Source of the DNA: an uncultured delta proteobacterium
GTDB taxonomy: Bacteria; Desulfobacterota; Binatia; UBA9968
Reading direction: 5' to 3'
Length of the DNA stretch: 64,000 nt
Assembly: GCA_963737905.1 (NCBI GenBank)
Contig: CAVTUQ010000002.1
Location: 640,001 to 704,000, forward strand
Part shown: piece after piece, positions 60,635-64,000 of the stretch
How the letters are laid out: every line of letters starts with the position of its first letter
How positions within the stretch are numbered: the stretch's first letter is position 1
Translations under genes and position numbers: made by a program
The notes under the pieces: model-generated
Databases searched by the model: none
What the model saw: the letters and a program-made list of their open reading frames with translations, nothing else
Told to the model about the DNA's origin: nothing

Positions 60635-61768
60635 ATGTCTAAGGCGATGCAAGCAGAACGGAAAATGTGGAGCAAGCATTATACCTATGATGAGTGGATG
60701 GAGGCTCAAGGGATTCCCATTTATCGGGGCTATTACATCGAGGATTTGCGAACATTGCAGCTCGGTTGGTGGGACGCGCGTCAGTGCAGCTCTGCGTTTA
60801 TCCAGTTGGTGGGCCAAGAGGGAGTCACCTCGGCGCGTGTGACCGAGATTTCCCCCGGCAAAACGCTGCCGCCGCTCAAGTTCGCTTTGGATGAAATTGT
60901 TTATGTGGTCGAAGGACGGGGACTCACCACGATTTGGGCAGGTGAGAAACGTCCGAAGAAAACTTTCGAATGGCAGAAGCACAGCATGTTTCTCGTGCCC
61001 CATAACTACGCGCACCAGTTCAGCAACATGCAGGGCGATAAGCCGGCGCGGTTGCTGCACTACAACTACATGCCGCTCACCTTGTCCGGCGTGCGCGACG
61101 TGAACTTTGTTTTTGGCAATTCCTATGAAGGTCCCGACATCCAGAACGAGTTAGATTTTTATTCCGAAGCCAAGATGATTGAGCAAAGCACTCTGGATAG
61201 CGCATGGGGCCGAAGGGCCTACTGGTACGGCAACTTCTTTCCTGACATGCGAGCCTGGGACAAGCTGGACGCAAATGTGCGGCGGGGCGCCGGTGGTCGC
61301 AGCGTGTACATTCAGTTTCCCGACTCCGAGATGTCCTGCCACATGTCAGTTTTCGATGCGCGCTTATATAAAAAGGCCCATCGCCACGGCCCGGGGAGAG
61401 TCATTGTGATTCCGGTCGGCGAAGGCTACTCGATCATGTGGGAGGAGGGAAAAGAGAAAGTCGTGGTCCCATGGCACGAGGCGAGCTGTTTCGTCCCGCC
61501 CAACAAGTGGTTTCACCAGCATTTCAACGCCGGCGGCGAGCCCGCGCGATATCTTGCGCTGCACCCGCCAATGCAGTTTCACGGCCACGCAGAGAAAGTC
61601 GAAGACCGTGCCAAGGATCAGATCGAGTATGTCAACGAAGATCGATGGGTGCGGGAAAAATTCGAGGCCGAGCTGGCAAAACAAGGACTAACATCCCTCA
61701 TGCCGGAGGCGGCTTACACCGATCCGAGTTTCGACTGGAGTTGGTCCCCGTTTCTACGCGGCAAGTAG
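60635..61768 (+). CDS. Bicupin protein, paralog 2
   Basis: Shares long blocks with 56833-57981, including FWYGNFFPDMRAW (YWYG here), AHRHGPGR and ALHPPMQFHGHAEK.EDRAKDQIEY. Confidence 0.75.
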   Translation: MSKAMQAERKMWSKHYTYDEWMEAQGIPIYRGYYIEDLRTLQLGWWDARQCSSAFIQLVGQEGVTSARVTEISPGKTLPPLKFALDEIVYVVEGRGLTTIWAGEKRPKKTFEWQKHSMFLVPHNYAHQFSNMQGDKPARLLHYNYMPLTLSGVRDVNFVFGNSYEGPDIQNELDFYSEAKMIEQSTLDSAWGRRAYWYGNFFPDMRAWDKLDANVRRGAGGRSVYIQFPDSEMSCHMSVFDARLYKKAHRHGPGRVIVIPVGEGYSIMWEEGKEKVVVPWHEASCFVPPNKWFHQHFNAGGEPARYLALHPPMQFHGHAEKVEDRAKDQIEYVNEDRWVREKFEAELAKQGLTSLMPEAAYTDPSFDWSWSPFLRGK

Positions 61769-61901
61769 CCGTATCGTGTTCTCCTGGCTGTGTCGACGCT
61801 TGAACGCTGGTTTGGGGTTCGCCTTATCGGCCTGCGCCGAGGGGTTCACTGAGTGGAGAAGCTGCTACTTCCAGCTCTCAGTCTCGCAGCGCTTCAGCTC
61901 C

Positions 61902-62807
61902 TCAGGACTTGAGATTCGGTAAGACCTTTTCGCCGAAGAGATCTAGCTGCGTCGGATCAGGATCGGCCAGGCCGATGATCAGGGTGTCGAGTCCTCTGGA
62001 CAAAAAGGCTTCGATACGGTCCGCGACGGCGACGGGGGAACCAACAAGGGACGTGCTTGCGACGTCTCCTCGAAGCCGACCGTAATAGCGCGTGACGTAG
62101 CTGTTTAAGGTTTCCACCGCTGCGGTCGTATTATCGTTGATGACCATGAAAGTGAGGCCGGCTTTTTCGATCTCGGCAGGATTCCGTCCGGCTGCGCGCG
62201 CATACTGGGCGATTTTCTCCCAGGTGGTAGGGAATTCGGGAATCGCCGAGCTGCCGCAGATGAAGCCGTTGGCCCAGGTACCGGCGCGTTTGAGGGAGAT
62301 TTCTGCGCTGCCGCCGGTGAAGATCGGAATCGGCTTCTGGATCGGCCGTGGCCCAAGCGTGAGATTTTGCAAATTAAAGAATCTACCTTTGTGTGTAACA
62401 TTTTCCTCGGTCCAGAGGCGTTTCATCAACTGAACGCACTCCACCGCCCTGCTGCCTCTTCCTTCGAAGGGAACTTCGACGGCGGTGAAATCATTTTCGC
62501 GGCTACCGAAGCCAATCCCAACGGTAACCCGCCCGTTTGAAATGAAATCGAGGCTTGCCACGATCTTGGCGAGCAGCGCGGGGTGACGCAGACCCGGCAA
62601 AAGTACGGAAGTGCCGATCCTGATCTTTTGAGTCGCGCCGGCGGCGGCGGCAAGAATAGTCAAAGGCTCGAGGTTATCGTAGGCGATGCGATCAATGGTC
62701 CACATGGAATGTAGACCCATCGCTTCGCATTTCCTGGCGAAGTTCACAACGTTTTGCGGCTTGGTTAACGGCGCGGGGTTGACGAAGCATAGGCCGATGT
62801 TTGCCAT
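61902..62807 (-). CDS. LLM-class flavin/F420-dependent oxidoreductase
   Basis: EPLTILAAAAGATQKIRIGTSVL, HPALLAK, SLDFISNGRVTVGIGFG, PRPIQKPIPIFTGG. Confidence 0.85.
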   Translation of the reverse strand: MANIGLCFVNPAPLTKPQNVVNFARKCEAMGLHSMWTIDRIAYDNLEPLTILAAAAGATQKIRIGTSVLLPGLRHPALLAKIVASLDFISNGRVTVGIGFGSRENDFTAVEVPFEGRGSRAVECVQLMKRLWTEENVTHKGRFFNLQNLTLGPRPIQKPIPIFTGGSAEISLKRAGTWANGFICGSSAIPEFPTTWEKIAQYARAAGRNPAEIEKAGLTFMVINDNTTAAVETLNSYVTRYYGRLRGDVASTSLVGSPVAVADRIEAFLSRGLDTLIIGLADPDPTQLDLFGEKVLPNLKS

Positions 62808-62863
62808 TGTGGTGTCTCCTTTGGTAAGTAACGTGGCGTGTCAAAATCCGTGGACCGTTCATC

Positions 62864-62966
62864 ATCATTCCGGCCAAGCGAGCGCAAACTCGCGAGAGCG
62901 AAATCCAGTTTCAGGAACGGGGTTCAAACCCGCCCCTACTCAATTCCGTCTGCACGCGAATGACGA
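62864..62966. repeat. Degenerate composite REP-like/palindromic elements
   Basis: TCATTCCGG...AATCCAG and ...ATTCCG...GAATGACG ends flank GGGGTTCAAACCCGCCCCTAC, which resembles half of a GTAG-family REP. Confidence 0.45.
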
Positions 62967-63113
62967 AGAGTGAGCGTCGCATTTTCAACAGTTATTTAAT
63001 GCAAAGCCTCAGCGCTGTGTTTGTTTGGGCCACGATAGTCCGGCAGCCACCCCTTTTCAAGGTTTAATGTCTGAGATATACCGGACAACATACAAACTAA
63101 GGAGGACACAGAA

Positions 63114-63548
63114 ATGGAAGCTTCTACATTCAAGCTCAAAACGCCACATATCACCGGCGGGCGCAGCCATATTCCCCTAGCAGCCACGGAAAATATGTCG
63201 GTGGGGCTGAATTACTACACGCAGGGACGGAAGAACAAACTGCACACCCATCCCGGGGAAGACCATACTTTTGTGGTTATGGAAGGCCAAGCGACCTTTT
63301 ACAACAAAGAGCATGAGCCCACCGTGCTTAATAAAGGCGAAGGGATCATGCTGCCGGAAAACCATTACTACTATTTTCAAAACACGGGTGACGGGCCATT
63401 GGCTCTCTTTCGGGTGAGCGCGAAAAAGGGCAATAAACCAAAGGTGGTGCGCGTCGACACCGAAGGCAACCGGAGAACGGAAGAAGAAAACGAGTTTATT
63501 GTCGTCGATGGAACAACCGTAGAGGGAAAATTCTGGGAGCTGGCGTAG
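63114..63548 (+). CDS. Monocupin protein
   Basis: LHTHPGEDHTFVVMEG...LPENHYYYFQN; strong AAGGAGG ribosome-binding site. Confidence 0.8.
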   Translation: MEASTFKLKTPHITGGRSHIPLAATENMSVGLNYYTQGRKNKLHTHPGEDHTFVVMEGQATFYNKEHEPTVLNKGEGIMLPENHYYYFQNTGDGPLALFRVSAKKGNKPKVVRVDTEGNRRTEEENEFIVVDGTTVEGKFWELA

Positions 63549-63556
63549 TGCGTCGA

Positions 63557-64000
63557 ATGAAGATCACAGACGTCAAGGCGATTCGGTTGCGCGCGACGAT
63601 TCCCACGGAAGGACAGGTTTTCAGCCGGTCGGGCGTGAGAAACTTTCGGTCGGCGACGCTGGTTCAAATCGAAACCGATGAGGGAATCACCGGTCTCGGC
63701 TCCTGCTCGGGCAACGGCGAGCTGATCGAAGTGATCGTTGGCAAGGTGCTAAAGCCGCTATTGATCGGGATGGATCCGACTGAGATCGATGAGATCTGGG
63801 ACAAAGCCTATGTGAGAGGCGGCCATAAGGAGTTTGGGACGCGTGGGATCGGTGTCGTTGCGTTGAGCGGAATCGACATCGCGCTTTGGGATATCCTCGG
63901 TAAGGTTCGCGGTGTTCCTATCTATCAACTTTTAGGTGGCAGGTGGCGTGACAGAGTACCGGTCTACGCAACGGCTCTCTACCCGGAAGAGCCGTCGAAA
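63557..64000 (+). CDS. Mandelate racemase/muconate lactonizing (enolase superfamily) enzyme, truncated by the window end
   Basis: Hand translation: MKITDVKAIRL...VQIETDEGITGLG...ALSGIDIALWDILGKVRGVPIYQLLGG...VPVYA. Confidence 0.88.
   Translation, partial: MKITDVKAIRLRATIPTEGQVFSRSGVRNFRSATLVQIETDEGITGLGSCSGNGELIEVIVGKVLKPLLIGMDPTEIDEIWDKAYVRGGHKEFGTRGIGVVALSGIDIALWDILGKVRGVPIYQLLGGRWRDRVPVYATALYPEEPSK

Overview
This is chromosomal DNA spanning the replication origin (dnaA-oriC-dnaN, about 30.3-33.3 kb) of a deltaproteobacterium-like organism. Gene style suggests Ca. Binatia/Desulfobacterota_B, which is my inference. Left of the origin are a type IV pilus locus (pilB-pilC-[pilS/pilR fusion]-pilA-YfhO-like glycosyltransferase), ppdK/recO, grpE-dnaK-dnaJ-lon, thiL, larB, archease, an HD dNTPase, small metabolic genes, the F0 genes atpZ-I-B-E and hemL. 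Right of the origin are catabolic genes with orphan solute-binding proteins, bactofilin, atpF'FHAGDC and, directly after atpC, a bicupin / EutA-like ATPase / DMT / bicupin cluster. Five observations stand out. (1) A single membrane protein joins the PilS sensor (TM+PAS) to the PilR sigma54 AAA+/HTH domain with no kinase or receiver, and sits upstream of a sigma54 promoter for a Geobacter-like aromatic-rich pilin. (2) An EutA-like reactivase lies between paralogous bicupins, with no eutBC in the window, appended to the ATP synthase operon. (3) A TTGA-N15-TGAYTAA motif is shared by grpE, dnaK and lon. (4) An ICL/PEP-mutase-family enzyme has a rewritten active site. (5) An internally deleted pseudogene was missed by the ORF track. 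Several single-base frameshifts in short homopolymers may be assembly errors. I saw no CRISPR array, rRNA, tRNA or transposase. All family calls come from motif recognition, not database searches.
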